Source of the DNA: a phage
Sequence record: PZ445443.1
DNA: 64,000 nt
Reading direction: 5' to 3' (one strand)
Below, in pieces: positions 44,095 to 54,378 of this stretch. The notes beneath the pieces are model-generated. The model was not told where the DNA came from. It ran no database searches and saw nothing but the letters and a program-made list of their open reading frames with translations. A program made the position numbers and the translations under genes. Each line of letters opens with the position of its first letter. Position 1 is the stretch's first letter.

Positions 44095-44568
44095 TTAGTC
44101 AACCTGAACCCAACCATCCGCTACCTTTTTAAACATTCTTTGGTTATCACTACCTCTGAATGGTTTTTTGGTGGGGTTATCTTTTTCGTACTTACCATCC
44201 ATAATGTAATCGACACTATCTTTAATGTAATCTGGGACTTCTTCAAACAAATACCCTGTGTACACCCAGATAGTTTTTGTGTTGCCGAAGCGTTCACGGA
44301 TAGCGAGAATGATCGAGTACATACCATCGATATTGTAAGGCGCTAAAGGTTCGCCACCACACAATGTAACTCCGGTAATATGTTTCGGCTCTATAGAGTG
44401 AAGTATACTCTCAATTGTGTCATTTGTTAACGGTTCCCCTTTAGCGGGTGACCAAACACTTTTGTTTTGGCAACCAACGCAGTGATGTGGACAACCAGAA
44501 CAGAACACCGTTGTCCTAATGCCTGGGCCGTCAACCATGCTACACTCTATAATATTAACAACATTCAT
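44095..44568 (-). CDS. nrdG: anaerobic ribonucleotide reductase activating protein
   Basis: DGPGIR and Cys cluster CSGCPHHCVGC; adjacent to nrdD. Confidence 0.75.
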   Translation of the reverse strand: MNVVNIIECSMVDGPGIRTTVFCSGCPHHCVGCQNKSVWSPAKGEPLTNDTIESILHSIEPKHITGVTLCGGEPLAPYNIDGMYSIILAIRERFGNTKTIWVYTGYLFEEVPDYIKDSVDYIMDGKYEKDNPTKKPFRGSDNQRMFKKVADGWVQVD

Positions 44569-44801
44569 TCCTTATCCTCTTTGAGGTAGGGATATTCAGG
44601 CCCACAATAAGCTCTATCTAAGAAAACAGCTTCTTCCCCTCTGGAATCAGTAGATCTATAATACCCATCCCCATGGTAACTAACGAACCAGTAGCACCCA
44701 TCATCGCTTTCTACTGTTGTGGCTCTGTCCGAATGAAAGATAATTTCGTAATCCTTACCGAATGTAAACCATCTGTTAGCTTTTACACAGACACCTATCA
44801 T
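44565..44801 (-). CDS. hypothetical protein
   Basis: Co-oriented ORF, ATGA overlap with nrdG. Confidence 0.45.
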   Translation of the reverse strand: MIGVCVKANRWFTFGKDYEIIFHSDRATTVESDDGCYWFVSYHGDGYYRSTDSRGEEAVFLDRAYCGPEYPYLKEDKE

Positions 44802-44952
44802 AAGGAACCTCTCTTCTGTGGTGTGCTTCTATTCAAGATAAACCTATAAAAGTCCATTTGATGAAGCCGTATAACTTTTTATACTTACGCTTCAGTGCTA
44901 ACAATTTTATCTTGATTTTCTTGATAGATTTCCGCATTTCGCCCCCTTATGC

Positions 44953-45069
44953 TTATAAGTACTCCGCATCGCATTCAGGGCAATGCCAAATAAAATCGTC
45001 CAGTGCCTTGCACCAACGAAGATTGCAACGACAACCACACTTGCAAATTTTATAAATACCTTTAGACAT
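44953..45069 (-). CDS. small Cys-rich protein (38 aa)
   Basis: ATG after AGGAGG RBS; CKCGCRC...C...HCPEC. Confidence 0.4.
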   Translation of the reverse strand: MSKGIYKICKCGCRCNLRWCKALDDFIWHCPECDAEYL

Positions 45070-45130
45070 ACTGTACCTCCTAGTTCACTGTGCCAACAAT
45101 ATGCCACATCCTTGTGGCTTTTGTCAAGTA

Positions 45131-47254
45131 TCAGCAACCACAACTTCCGTAGTGCTTAACCCGTTCTATAACTTCCGCTTGCTTACCTTTATTGTAAGGA
45201 CGGGAGTTAGGACTGGAAAGGTATCCAGACACACGTCGAATTACGCTGATCGTTCCCTCTTCATGGTTTCCACACTCTGGGCATACAAAGCCTTTAGCTG
45301 TTGCACTGAACTCACCAGAGAAACCACACTTGAGACATTTATCCACAGGCTGGTTGATACCAAAATACATAATGTGTTTATATCCGAAATCAACAAGAGC
45401 TTCCAAAGCATCTAAGTTGTTTTTCAGATTTGGTGTCTCTACGTATCCGATGTTGCCACCAGAGGAGATCATAGCAAAACCTTCCTCATACTCCCACTTA
45501 TCAAAAGGAGAGCTATTGATCCATACTGGCTGATGGAAACTGTTGGTGAGATATTCATGCTCGTGCTTCAACACTTCCGGATATTCACGATCCAGACAGG
45601 TTGCAGCTTTATAGCATAGACTCTCAGAAGGAGTGCCGTACAAGCTAAATGCTAGTCTACTTTCCTTCTTGTATCGCTCACAAGCATCTCTCATGTGCTG
45701 AAGTATTCCAAGAGCTAAAGCCTTGTCACCCTCCCTGCCCAAAATCTGACAGGTTTCATACACACCAATATACCCAATACTGATGGAAGCGTACCCGTCA
45801 TAGAAGAGTTTATCAATACTCTCTTCAGGATCCAGGCGAGCAAGAGCGCCTTCACACCACATGATGGGGTTCTGCCCTGCCTTTGTTCCTTTTAGACGGT
45901 TAACCCTTACAAGGTGAGCCTCGTATGCAAGATTCAGGTATTCGTCAAGAACTGCAAAGAAATCAACACCTTCCGTTTTAGCTTTTGCCGCAATCATTGG
46001 CAGGTTAAGGCTAACAACGCCTAAGTTAAATCTGCCAAGGTATTTCTCCTCGCCTGTTTCCAAGTCATTGTATTTGCTAAGAAAACTCCGGCAACCCATG
46101 CTCGTTACTTTGCCATCTGTCGAGCCTGTCACTTTACTATTTAGTGGAACAGAAACAAAGTCAGGATAAATCCGCTCTGCAGAGCATTCCAGAGCTAATC
46201 GTTTCAAATCATAGTTGGGATCTCCAGGGCTCATGTTGACACCCTCTTCTAGGAAGAACAGCACTTTAGGGAACACAGGTGTGATACGTTCTTCACCAAG
46301 ACCCATTTTGTGGACTTTCAAGTAGTTTTTGGTAATCATTCTACCAAAGACCGAGGTATCCAGTCCTAAACTTAATGTGATGAATGGAGTTTGCCCGTTG
46401 ACAGAGGTTAACGTATTGATTTGATATAGCAAAGTCTGCATGCTGTCAAATACGTCTTTATCTGTCATTTGCATTGCAACAGTCTCAGCATCTGGCAACC
46501 AGTGTTCCTGGCAAAATTTAAGGTTCTTCTCATAGGTCGCCTCAGCATACTGTGCCAGATAATGATCAATATGGCTCATAGTCTGACCCCCATATTGAGC
46601 ACTAGCTACTGCACTAGAGATTTGGCTAAGGATTGTTGTTGCAACCCCTATTGACTTCGGCTTACTGACATGGGCGTTACCAATGTTGAATCCGTTTTCC
46701 AACATATCTGGATAATTTACCAAACAACAGTTTGTTAACGGACTGATCAAGTAGTCAAGATCATGCACATGGATGAAGCCTTTATTGTGCTCTTCTGAGA
46801 CACGGTCTGGCAGGATCTGTGTTGATGCAAGGTGTTTGCTAAGGATGCCTGCAAGCAGGTCACGATGAGTGTGTACATGATTGGTAGGCTTATTTGCGTT
46901 TTCTTTTGTAAATTCATCACAAGTTCGATCCAAGAAGCCACTAATATCTGCAAGCAGTTTTCCACCTGCCTCTCTGTTATTATCTCTTGTCTGTCTATAC
47001 TGGATGTATTCTCTGGCTGCACATTTTAAACCCATATCCATAAGAGCATCTTCAACAAGGATATGGATATTTTTTACAGAGATCGTGCACTGATCGGTTG
47101 GTAGATTGTTAGCAACAACTTCATTAACCGCACAAGCGATCCGGTAAGCTTCTTCTTCAGTATGTCCAGACTCAAGTAAGGCGGACTCTGCCGCCTTGAT
47201 CACCTTAATTCCGTTATAGACCTCTTCTCTACCGTCCCGTTTTACAACTTTCAC
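45131..47254 (-). CDS. nrdD: anaerobic ribonucleoside-triphosphate reductase, class III
   Basis: C-terminal CLKCG...CPECG zinc ribbon followed by glycyl-radical motif RRVSGY; 707 aa. Confidence 0.85.
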   Translation of the reverse strand: MKVVKRDGREEVYNGIKVIKAAESALLESGHTEEEAYRIACAVNEVVANNLPTDQCTISVKNIHILVEDALMDMGLKCAAREYIQYRQTRDNNREAGGKLLADISGFLDRTCDEFTKENANKPTNHVHTHRDLLAGILSKHLASTQILPDRVSEEHNKGFIHVHDLDYLISPLTNCCLVNYPDMLENGFNIGNAHVSKPKSIGVATTILSQISSAVASAQYGGQTMSHIDHYLAQYAEATYEKNLKFCQEHWLPDAETVAMQMTDKDVFDSMQTLLYQINTLTSVNGQTPFITLSLGLDTSVFGRMITKNYLKVHKMGLGEERITPVFPKVLFFLEEGVNMSPGDPNYDLKRLALECSAERIYPDFVSVPLNSKVTGSTDGKVTSMGCRSFLSKYNDLETGEEKYLGRFNLGVVSLNLPMIAAKAKTEGVDFFAVLDEYLNLAYEAHLVRVNRLKGTKAGQNPIMWCEGALARLDPEESIDKLFYDGYASISIGYIGVYETCQILGREGDKALALGILQHMRDACERYKKESRLAFSLYGTPSESLCYKAATCLDREYPEVLKHEHEYLTNSFHQPVWINSSPFDKWEYEEGFAMISSGGNIGYVETPNLKNNLDALEALVDFGYKHIMYFGINQPVDKCLKCGFSGEFSATAKGFVCPECGNHEEGTISVIRRVSGYLSSPNSRPYNKGKQAEVIERVKHYGSCGC

Positions 47255-47529
47255 TTTTTCTCTCCAAAACCATTCTTAACAAAAGAGATGAAATCGTCGG
47301 CACCGCCTATATGGACACTTTCAAGATTGCTTTCTAAGAAGATCTGCGGCAACGTTCTGGGTACGATTGGACTGCACTTCTCAATAAGCTCTTCTTTTGT
47401 GTAACCCTCGCCAAGTGTCTTATATACAAAAGGCAGACCTTTACTGACTGCAAATTCTTTTGCTCTTACACAATGTGGGCAGTTATCTTTACCGTAAATA
47501 ATAAAGAAAAAAGATTTTTCACAGCTCAT
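47251..47529 (-). CDS. glutaredoxin/NrdH-like redoxin
   Basis: CPHC active-site motif in a 92 aa protein between nrdD and nrdB. Confidence 0.65.
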   Translation of the reverse strand: MSCEKSFFFIIYGKDNCPHCVRAKEFAVSKGLPFVYKTLGEGYTKEELIEKCSPIVPRTLPQIFLESNLESVHIGGADDFISFVKNGFGEKK

Positions 47530-47532
47530 GTA

Positions 47533-48621
47533 TTAAAACTCCCAAATTTCTTCTTCAGCGTCATTAACAGTTGTGTTGACGCGGTAGTCAGTGTTCGACA
47601 TTTCTTGGTTCGCCGTCTGTTGCAATGAAGGTTTCATCCACACCTGCATAAACGGTAGAGGGTCCTTTGTTGGCGGCACAAAGTCTTTGTCGATGCCGTA
47701 GTAATCATAAATCGGTGAGCAGTTATAGTCAACCCATTCTTTAAGCAACGGTGAGTTAAGACCTATAATCGCTCTTCCTTCGCTGAAAATATAGTCACTC
47801 CAACCGTACTCTTTGGTTCGTACTTCATCAAGAATCTCTTTTAACTCCCCTTTTATCTCAAGGAAGCTTTTCTCCCATGCTGGATCATTAAGCAGGATAT
47901 CAATGATGGCAAAATCACCTTTCGAGTGTAGCATTTCGTCAAGCATGATTTTTTGAACAAGCTGCGCCACCTGAACAAAAATACCCTGTTCAGCTACTGC
48001 GAAAGTGCATGCAAAACTTGCAATAAACTCAATACTCTCCAGAGCTAAAAGTGCAAAAAGCGCTCTAAGAATGCATTTCCGCACAACATCTTCTTCAACA
48101 CTAGAAGGATCCAGTCGGTATTTTGCACCAATAACCTCAAGCTCTTGCATATATTTGACAATAACGCCGGATCTGCTCAGAACGTTTTGGTTTTCCTGAA
48201 TCTCTTCTATAATCTCACGGGCATTGGGGAGGCATTGTCTAACAATCTCTGAGTAAGTTAGTGCGTGAAGAACTTCAATCTCTGACTGTTTCATCAATAG
48301 AGTGAAAAGCTCACTATTGGTGATAAATGGTGAAAACAGACAAATGATAGATCTTGCCGCAACGCTATCAGCCTCCCATTGCCACATCAAGGTCTGCACC
48401 ATCACGTCATAAGTTGACTTTGAGCATGTTACAAAATCTGAAATAGATTGCGACAAATCCACTTCATCCTCTGCCCAGTCTTGTTCTTTTTGTTTTTTGT
48501 ATAGTTCAAACAGTTGTGGATATTTTTTGTTGATAGAGTCGTACATACCCATTTGCTGTCCCAGAAACAGCGGATAGTCACCAGTTTTATGAGCGGTGTT
48601 CTCAGCATTAAATACAGCCAT
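47533..48621 (-). CDS. nrdB: ribonucleotide reductase small (beta) subunit
   Basis: Di-iron ligand segments (LESIEFIASF, LDEMLH); AGAGG RBS. Confidence 0.8.
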   Translation of the reverse strand: MAVFNAENTAHKTGDYPLFLGQQMGMYDSINKKYPQLFELYKKQKEQDWAEDEVDLSQSISDFVTCSKSTYDVMVQTLMWQWEADSVAARSIICLFSPFITNSELFTLLMKQSEIEVLHALTYSEIVRQCLPNAREIIEEIQENQNVLSRSGVIVKYMQELEVIGAKYRLDPSSVEEDVVRKCILRALFALLALESIEFIASFACTFAVAEQGIFVQVAQLVQKIMLDEMLHSKGDFAIIDILLNDPAWEKSFLEIKGELKEILDEVRTKEYGWSDYIFSEGRAIIGLNSPLLKEWVDYNCSPIYDYYGIDKDFVPPTKDPLPFMQVWMKPSLQQTANQEMSNTDYRVNTTVNDAEEEIWEF

Positions 48622-48633
48622 TATTCTAACCTC

Positions 48634-48656
48634 TAAAATGGGGCCGAAGCCCCTTT
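48634..48656 (-). terminator. terminator-like hairpin between nrdA and nrdB
   Basis: Reverse strand GGGGC-TTCG-GCCCC followed by ATTTTA; weak T-tract. Confidence 0.35.
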
Positions 48657-48660
48657 AAAA

Positions 48661-50976
48661 TTATAGTGCACAGCTTTCGCAATACGGATCTTCAACTGAA
48701 CTATCTGCAATCAAAGGATAGTTCTTTCTGGTTTCATCTTCAGCCTGTTTCTTGGCATGAAGTTCCTCTGCCAAGGAGTCACCAGCACCAACCCTAGAGT
48801 TTAAATAATACCATGTCTTCATCCCGAATTTAGTGGCACGGATAAGGTACCCTAGCTGCTCCTTCATTGAAATTTTACCATCTTTCAACTTGGTGTAGTC
48901 TATGTATAAATCCGCGCTGATTGCCTGACCTGTGAATTTTTGAATCACAGCATACATATCGATCATGTCGTTAGTATCAACGTCCCAAGCCGAAGTGTAA
49001 TACTCTTTCAACTCATCATAGTCAGGAACGATAAACAGCACCTGCCCTTGTGGCGACTTTTTAAAGATAATGTGCTCACGGACAGGATAAACCCCGTTAG
49101 TGGTGTTTGTTGCCAGCGAAGAGCTTTCATTAGGCATATATGCTTCAAGAACGCTATTACGTAGCCCACCATTTTCAATGATCTCTTTACGTAACCCTTC
49201 CCAATCCTGTTTAAGAGAAGGATCTTTCACCACGCTATCGACCTCTTTGTTATAGGTGTCGATTGGTAACCAACCTTCTGGATATTTTGTCTTATGCATC
49301 CACTCGCAGACACCACGCTCTTTTGCCAACCGTAAACTTGCCTTATGCAAGCTGTAGCTGTGAAGTTCTGCAAGATCGTGAACAAGCTGTTTACTTTCAG
49401 GAGATCCGTAAGCAACCTTGTGGCTGGCAATAAAATGTGCAACATTGGTAAGGCCAACCCCGATGGATCTGCGTTTTTTAACAGTGCTCTCCATATTTTC
49501 ATACGGATATGTCATGATTTCCATAACATTGTCAATCATAAGCACCGTGTAGTATGCAACATCCTCATACTCCTCTGGGGTAACCCTTCCAGCTACAAGG
49601 GATGACAGGAAGCACAATGCAACCTCACCATCATCAACATCGTACTTGAAGATATTACGCATATCTGAATAGCCTTTTGTCGGGAGGGCTATTTCTGCAC
49701 ACAGGTTACTTGAATAGATCACATCTTTAAAAGGTGTATGTCTATTCATCTCATCTGTCCAGTATACGAACAGCCTTCCAACCTCAGTACGCTGCGTGAG
49801 CAGTTCAACAGCAAGATCTCTAGCTCGGATCCATGTTTTAGGAATACTGTCATCTTTAGCGATACGATCAACCTCTGCATCAAACTCCTCCATAGACATG
49901 GTGAAGATACCCTCATGCAGTTGAGGCGCGTGCTTATAAGAAACAAGCATCCAATCCAAATTCTTAGCCACACGGTTGATAAACGACCTATTAATACCGA
50001 TGGAGTAGTCCATGGTGTTGATTCTTTTTGAAGCAACAGTCATAGGGTTTCTCAAACGGATTAGCTCATCAATCTGCGGGTCCAGTGCAAGGAATGATAC
50101 TGTTGCAGAACCGCCACGTGATTGTTGTCTGTTCTCCTTAACACCAGCATCAATACCTCGATAATATGGAATCTTACCCATATGTTTAATAGTGTTACCA
50201 CGAACACCATCGCCTGCAGATCTTGAGGATAAGTAGTAGCCGATACCTGCTTGGTTAACCGTCATTGTGTACGCAACTTCACGTGCCACACCAATAGATT
50301 TTGCTGTATCATCAGCTTTTATTACACAACAAGATGCATACCCTGTCTTACCTGTACGCAGCCCGTTTAAGTACGGTGTCGGAGCATTGATCTTTAGGTC
50401 GGACAGATAAGTGTATAATTTTACAACATCGTTGATACGACGTTCTTTCGGCATATTCTTCATGACAGCCATTGCTATCCCCATAAACATCATCTGGGGA
50501 GATTCAAACAGGGTGTCTTTAAGAGTATCCTTGATCCCGTATTTGTCGCGAAACTGTTTAAGGACTGCATAGCCATAACCGAGATCTTTACTGTGATCAA
50601 TAACAGTGCCTAAAGTGTTTAACTCGGTAAAGCTATAACCCATATCCTCCCAATACCCTTTCTCAACCATGTCGTTGTAAAATGATGGTAAGGAAGGGAT
50701 CTTTGTAAACCCTCCAAAAGCCTCTTTATAAATCTGACCAATAAGAACACGACCAGCCATACGGGAATGTGCTTCGTCTTTACGGCTAACACAGGAGTCT
50801 ATGATAGCTTGGTTAACTTCTTTGGTCGTACATCCATCATACAGTCGTTTGTATGCATCCAGTGCAATGTGTGACCAATTGCCGTTACCGTCGTCACCGA
50901 AAATAGCTGCCTTATTTAAACGTTCTGGATCGAATGCCACTTCACATCCGTTGCTTTTAATTACCTTGGTGATCAA
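48661..50976 (-). CDS. nrdA: ribonucleotide reductase large (alpha) subunit, class I
   Basis: N-terminal ATP-cone (VIKSNGCEVAFD); active-site SSNLCAEIALP; 771 aa. Confidence 0.85.
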   Translation of the reverse strand: MITKVIKSNGCEVAFDPERLNKAAIFGDDGNGNWSHIALDAYKRLYDGCTTKEVNQAIIDSCVSRKDEAHSRMAGRVLIGQIYKEAFGGFTKIPSLPSFYNDMVEKGYWEDMGYSFTELNTLGTVIDHSKDLGYGYAVLKQFRDKYGIKDTLKDTLFESPQMMFMGIAMAVMKNMPKERRINDVVKLYTYLSDLKINAPTPYLNGLRTGKTGYASCCVIKADDTAKSIGVAREVAYTMTVNQAGIGYYLSSRSAGDGVRGNTIKHMGKIPYYRGIDAGVKENRQQSRGGSATVSFLALDPQIDELIRLRNPMTVASKRINTMDYSIGINRSFINRVAKNLDWMLVSYKHAPQLHEGIFTMSMEEFDAEVDRIAKDDSIPKTWIRARDLAVELLTQRTEVGRLFVYWTDEMNRHTPFKDVIYSSNLCAEIALPTKGYSDMRNIFKYDVDDGEVALCFLSSLVAGRVTPEEYEDVAYYTVLMIDNVMEIMTYPYENMESTVKKRRSIGVGLTNVAHFIASHKVAYGSPESKQLVHDLAELHSYSLHKASLRLAKERGVCEWMHKTKYPEGWLPIDTYNKEVDSVVKDPSLKQDWEGLRKEIIENGGLRNSVLEAYMPNESSSLATNTTNGVYPVREHIIFKKSPQGQVLFIVPDYDELKEYYTSAWDVDTNDMIDMYAVIQKFTGQAISADLYIDYTKLKDGKISMKEQLGYLIRATKFGMKTWYYLNSRVGAGDSLAEELHAKKQAEDETRKNYPLIADSSVEDPYCESCAL

Positions 50977-51224
50977 TTTGCTTCCTCCACTTCATTAACG
51001 TATTTATCAAGGCAGGTATCAGTATCTTGCTGGATAAAGGTATCCTCTTCTACAGAGATATTTATAATTTTACCTGTATACTCGTCATAATAAACATCAT
51101 CATACATTTTAATATCGTTTGTCAGGCCGTTGAACCAAAGCCAACCAACATATTCTGCCCGACTTGCAAAACCAAGATCCTTCCACTTGGAGTTATGACT
51201 CATCTTCACCACCTTAGCTTTCAA
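50973..51224 (-). CDS. hypothetical protein
   Basis: Co-oriented ORF, ATGA overlap with nrdA. Confidence 0.45.
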   Translation of the reverse strand: MKAKVVKMSHNSKWKDLGFASRAEYVGWLWFNGLTNDIKMYDDVYYDEYTGKIINISVEEDTFIQQDTDTCLDKYVNEVEEAN

Positions 51225-51714
51225 TACCGAATAATTTTTCTAGGCGATGCAGATCTTCAAAATTGAAAGGTTCATCAACAATATGAATATCTTCAGCCTT
51301 TTCAGATTGTTTTGTATACTTTCTTACATTAACACGATCCTCTACAGGGATATCATACGGAAGATCTTGAACAAGCATTGCCTCACCGGGTGCTTTATCT
51401 ACATCCAAAATATCTACACCGTTATACATTTGCGGGTATCTAAAGTCTGCACGCATGACACCAGCAAATACATCTGCCTTTCGATAATGTGTTGGCTTAT
51501 TTTTGCATCGAACGTTTTTTCCACGAAGAACATCAATACTTTTTAAATCAAACCCTACGGCAAAGAGTGCAGCTCGGAGACCGTTTCGTGTGCGAACGTT
51601 AAACCCTGGAACGGTAGATAGGAAATCCAAAGTAACTGAAATAAATGTCTTTTTAGGAATCATAACATTACTCATATCTGTCTCCATTTCTGGCTCACCA
51701 ACAAAGTGAGCCAT
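51214..51714 (-). CDS. hypothetical protein
   Basis: Co-oriented ORF, 166 aa. Confidence 0.45.
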   Translation of the reverse strand: MAHFVGEPEMETDMSNVMIPKKTFISVTLDFLSTVPGFNVRTRNGLRAALFAVGFDLKSIDVLRGKNVRCKNKPTHYRKADVFAGVMRADFRYPQMYNGVDILDVDKAPGEAMLVQDLPYDIPVEDRVNVRKYTKQSEKAEDIHIVDEPFNFEDLHRLEKLFGIES

Positions 51715-51773
51715 TATTATAGATTATCTGATACTATTAGTCAACACAAAAGTTACCTATCGCTGTGATAGGA

Positions 51774-52757
51774 TTAACCTTTCACGAAGTGGTTATTAAG
51801 CAGTTGTCTGTGCTGAACCCACCCACAAAAGTTGGCAGACCAGAATTTACCATCACGGTCTTGATGGGTTACACCTTCCTGCCAAGTACTAATGTCTTGT
51901 GTGATTTCACATGAAGACAGGTAGTAGTTTAAACGTTCCATTGCGTTATCATGATCCATAGGTGTTGCCTGGTGTTCGTAAGGGCTTGCATGAATACGAT
52001 CCCCACCAATCAATTTTTTAGCCACACTGTCTGCCTTTTCAAACGTACTGTCAATATTTCGATAAGATACTTGTGCACAGCAACTAGCACTAATAGACAG
52101 AGCTTCTTTAGTATCAAGAATGCAGAGCTTTCCTTCTGTGTCACGTACAGCGTAGTTAAACTCTCCGTCCAAATAAACGTGCTCTACATATGGAGTGTGC
52201 CATTGACCTGGTTTAAGGATTTCAGGAGTGCTATTCACAAGAGCTTCCCACATACAATTAGCCAACATCTGAATCGTAGGATCCGCATCGTGCCAGCAAC
52301 GGAGATGGAAAAAATTATTCCACTCTGTGCTTGTTACAACTGTTTTCATGCGCTGAAACGGCTCCACTAAGCGGTTACATACTTGTTTATGGTAACCAGC
52401 AAGGGCGAACTTCTCTGCATGCCAAGCGGCGTTTTTTGCAGCTTCTTTCCAAAACTCTTCAGGGGTTAGCTCCATGTCAGTGTACTCTACACGGATCTTT
52501 TGATCATGTTCCCCACCATCTTCCATCCCTCGCTTATTTACACCGAAGCGAACTGGCATTGCCGGATTCTCCACAATCTGCTGCAGCATCTTGCCGACAG
52601 GCACTGCACGGGAAGACATGGCGTTTCGGCTGAATACTCGATGCGTCATAAGCTCTGAGTGAATAATTCGAGGATACTCTAGCTCAAAAGTGGTGATGCG
52701 CTTACCTTTCTCGGAAATGCTGTCAGCAATGATCTTTGCAGTGCACAGTTTTAGCAT
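51774..52757 (-). CDS. thyX: flavin-dependent thymidylate synthase
   Basis: ThyX signature region ELMTHRVFSRNAMSSRA (HR-x7-S). Confidence 0.75.
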   Translation of the reverse strand: MLKLCTAKIIADSISEKGKRITTFELEYPRIIHSELMTHRVFSRNAMSSRAVPVGKMLQQIVENPAMPVRFGVNKRGMEDGGEHDQKIRVEYTDMELTPEEFWKEAAKNAAWHAEKFALAGYHKQVCNRLVEPFQRMKTVVTSTEWNNFFHLRCWHDADPTIQMLANCMWEALVNSTPEILKPGQWHTPYVEHVYLDGEFNYAVRDTEGKLCILDTKEALSISASCCAQVSYRNIDSTFEKADSVAKKLIGGDRIHASPYEHQATPMDHDNAMERLNYYLSSCEITQDISTWQEGVTHQDRDGKFWSANFCGWVQHRQLLNNHFVKG

Positions 52758-52957
52758 TATTTAGCTCTCCTTGTTTTAATTTTGGAAATTTCGTCTGGGT
52801 TTATATTGGCCTTAAATGCAAGGTATCTGTTAAACATATCAGAGCACATGTCTTGGGTGATCCTGGAGGCATACACTAGCTTACCCCCCAGATCATATAC
52901 CTCCAGCCAGTCACCGTATCTGACTACAGGATCTCCACCTTTAGAACATCTGCCCAT
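52757..52957 (-). CDS. hypothetical protein
   Basis: Co-oriented ORF. Confidence 0.45.
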   Translation of the reverse strand: MGRCSKGGDPVVRYGDWLEVYDLGGKLVYASRITQDMCSDMFNRYLAFKANINPDEISKIKTRRAK

Positions 52958-52958
52958 T

Positions 52959-53552
52959 TCAAATACCTTCTAAAAACTTTCCTATTTTATACCAACTATT
53001 AGCGATATAGTCAACACTGACCTTTAACTCCTCGAATTGCTCATAAGGCGTATCTTTTAGGATTTTAATAACTTCAGGTCGTGAAGCGAATTGGTTAAGG
53101 TATTCATGCCTGTCGTCAATTATAACATCTACAGCCACATTTCCTTTGAAATGTGTGGCGTAGAAGCCGTGACCCTGGGTGTGATCGTCCAGATCCATAA
53201 AATCACTGGTCCAACGCTTTAAGAACCTTGATTTAGATGCAAGGTGACCTTTCTTGCATACCGAGATAAATGCAAGCTTGTGACCACGAGCCACCAAATC
53301 TTTCATAACCTCAATAGCCCCCTCTTCAGGCTTAAGAAAGTCGTAGAGGAATGGGTCACTCCAGAAATCAAAAGGCCCTATGATGTTTTCTTTGGGGCGA
53401 TCAGGCCAATACTTTGACAGATCGTAATACATCAGCCCATTAGAAGGTTTAGCGACTGCCTTACTGGCTGGACCATACAAACGCTCCAACCACTCCCACC
53501 ATGCTGTTCCTGAATCTACCAGTGTCAAATCTACATCAATTCCGATTAACAT
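52959..53552 (-). CDS. HAD-family 5'-(deoxy)nucleotidase
   Basis: N-terminal HAD motif I MLIGIDVDLTLVD (DxDxT). Confidence 0.55.
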   Translation of the reverse strand: MLIGIDVDLTLVDSGTAWWEWLERLYGPASKAVAKPSNGLMYYDLSKYWPDRPKENIIGPFDFWSDPFLYDFLKPEEGAIEVMKDLVARGHKLAFISVCKKGHLASKSRFLKRWTSDFMDLDDHTQGHGFYATHFKGNVAVDVIIDDRHEYLNQFASRPEVIKILKDTPYEQFEELKVSVDYIANSWYKIGKFLEGI

Positions 53553-54163
53553 TCTTCTTGGGCCTCTTTAGCATCAATATACTTGCACACAATCTCCGAT
53601 GCACACTCCCAAGGTGCACCTTCAGGGTTTACAACATCGAACTCAATCCCTTTTATTCCGTTCTTTTCCAGACTTAGATAGGTTCTGGAATCATTTCCCC
53701 AGTCATATCCGACACGGTGAATACGGAACAACAACAGATCTCCACCTGTGCTGTATGCGTACTCGCTAAGGCATGCCAGCTCCTCTCTGAAGCCACCATC
53801 GGAGTAAACAACAACCCCTTTACCTTTAGGGAAATCTTTCTTCAAAGATTCGACTGCGGCTTTACCGAAAGCATCCTCACCAAAAATAGGTTTAATCAGA
53901 TTTTCACTACAATGGATCATCCATTCTCGCGGAGAAACATGCTTGCCGTCTATCATTAAGAAAGGGCAAGGCTCTTCTTTGTAGTGGCGGTCATAAAGTG
54001 CATTCCAGAGCTGAGGAGTTACACCAGCTGCCTTAATTGCCACACTGAATAGCATCTCCTTAACCTCACGGTGGTGTGAGTTAGGAATAGCTTCCAACAA
54101 GAGATCTGCAATGTGATCCTTACCACTGCTAGGTGGGGCATTAAGAACAATAATATCCATCAA
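53546..54163 (-). CDS. putative deoxynucleoside monophosphate kinase
   Basis: P-loop-like NAPPSSGKD near N-terminus, resembling T4 gp1 (..RSGKD). Confidence 0.5.
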   Translation of the reverse strand: MMDIIVLNAPPSSGKDHIADLLLEAIPNSHHREVKEMLFSVAIKAAGVTPQLWNALYDRHYKEEPCPFLMIDGKHVSPREWMIHCSENLIKPIFGEDAFGKAAVESLKKDFPKGKGVVVYSDGGFREELACLSEYAYSTGGDLLLFRIHRVGYDWGNDSRTYLSLEKNGIKGIEFDVVNPEGAPWECASEIVCKYIDAKEAQEEC

Positions 54164-54363
54164 AAACCTCCGTGGTATTCTTCAACTGCATCAATAATAC
54201 TTTTACACTTATCTACCAGCTCGTTAGCCACTACAGCATCGTCTTCCCAAACAGCTTCCTCAATCTGATCAAGCAATGATCGCATCTTGCCCATCATTTC
54301 TGGGATAAAGTTTTCTGAAAAGCTGTCTGGAATTGTTAACTTTAGTGTCATTGCGGTCTCCAA
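54160..54363 (-). CDS. hypothetical protein
   Basis: Co-oriented ORF, ATGA overlap. Confidence 0.45.
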   Translation of the reverse strand: METAMTLKLTIPDSFSENFIPEMMGKMRSLLDQIEEAVWEDDAVVANELVDKCKSIIDAVEEYHGGF

Positions 54364-54378
54364 CCATACTATGCGTTA

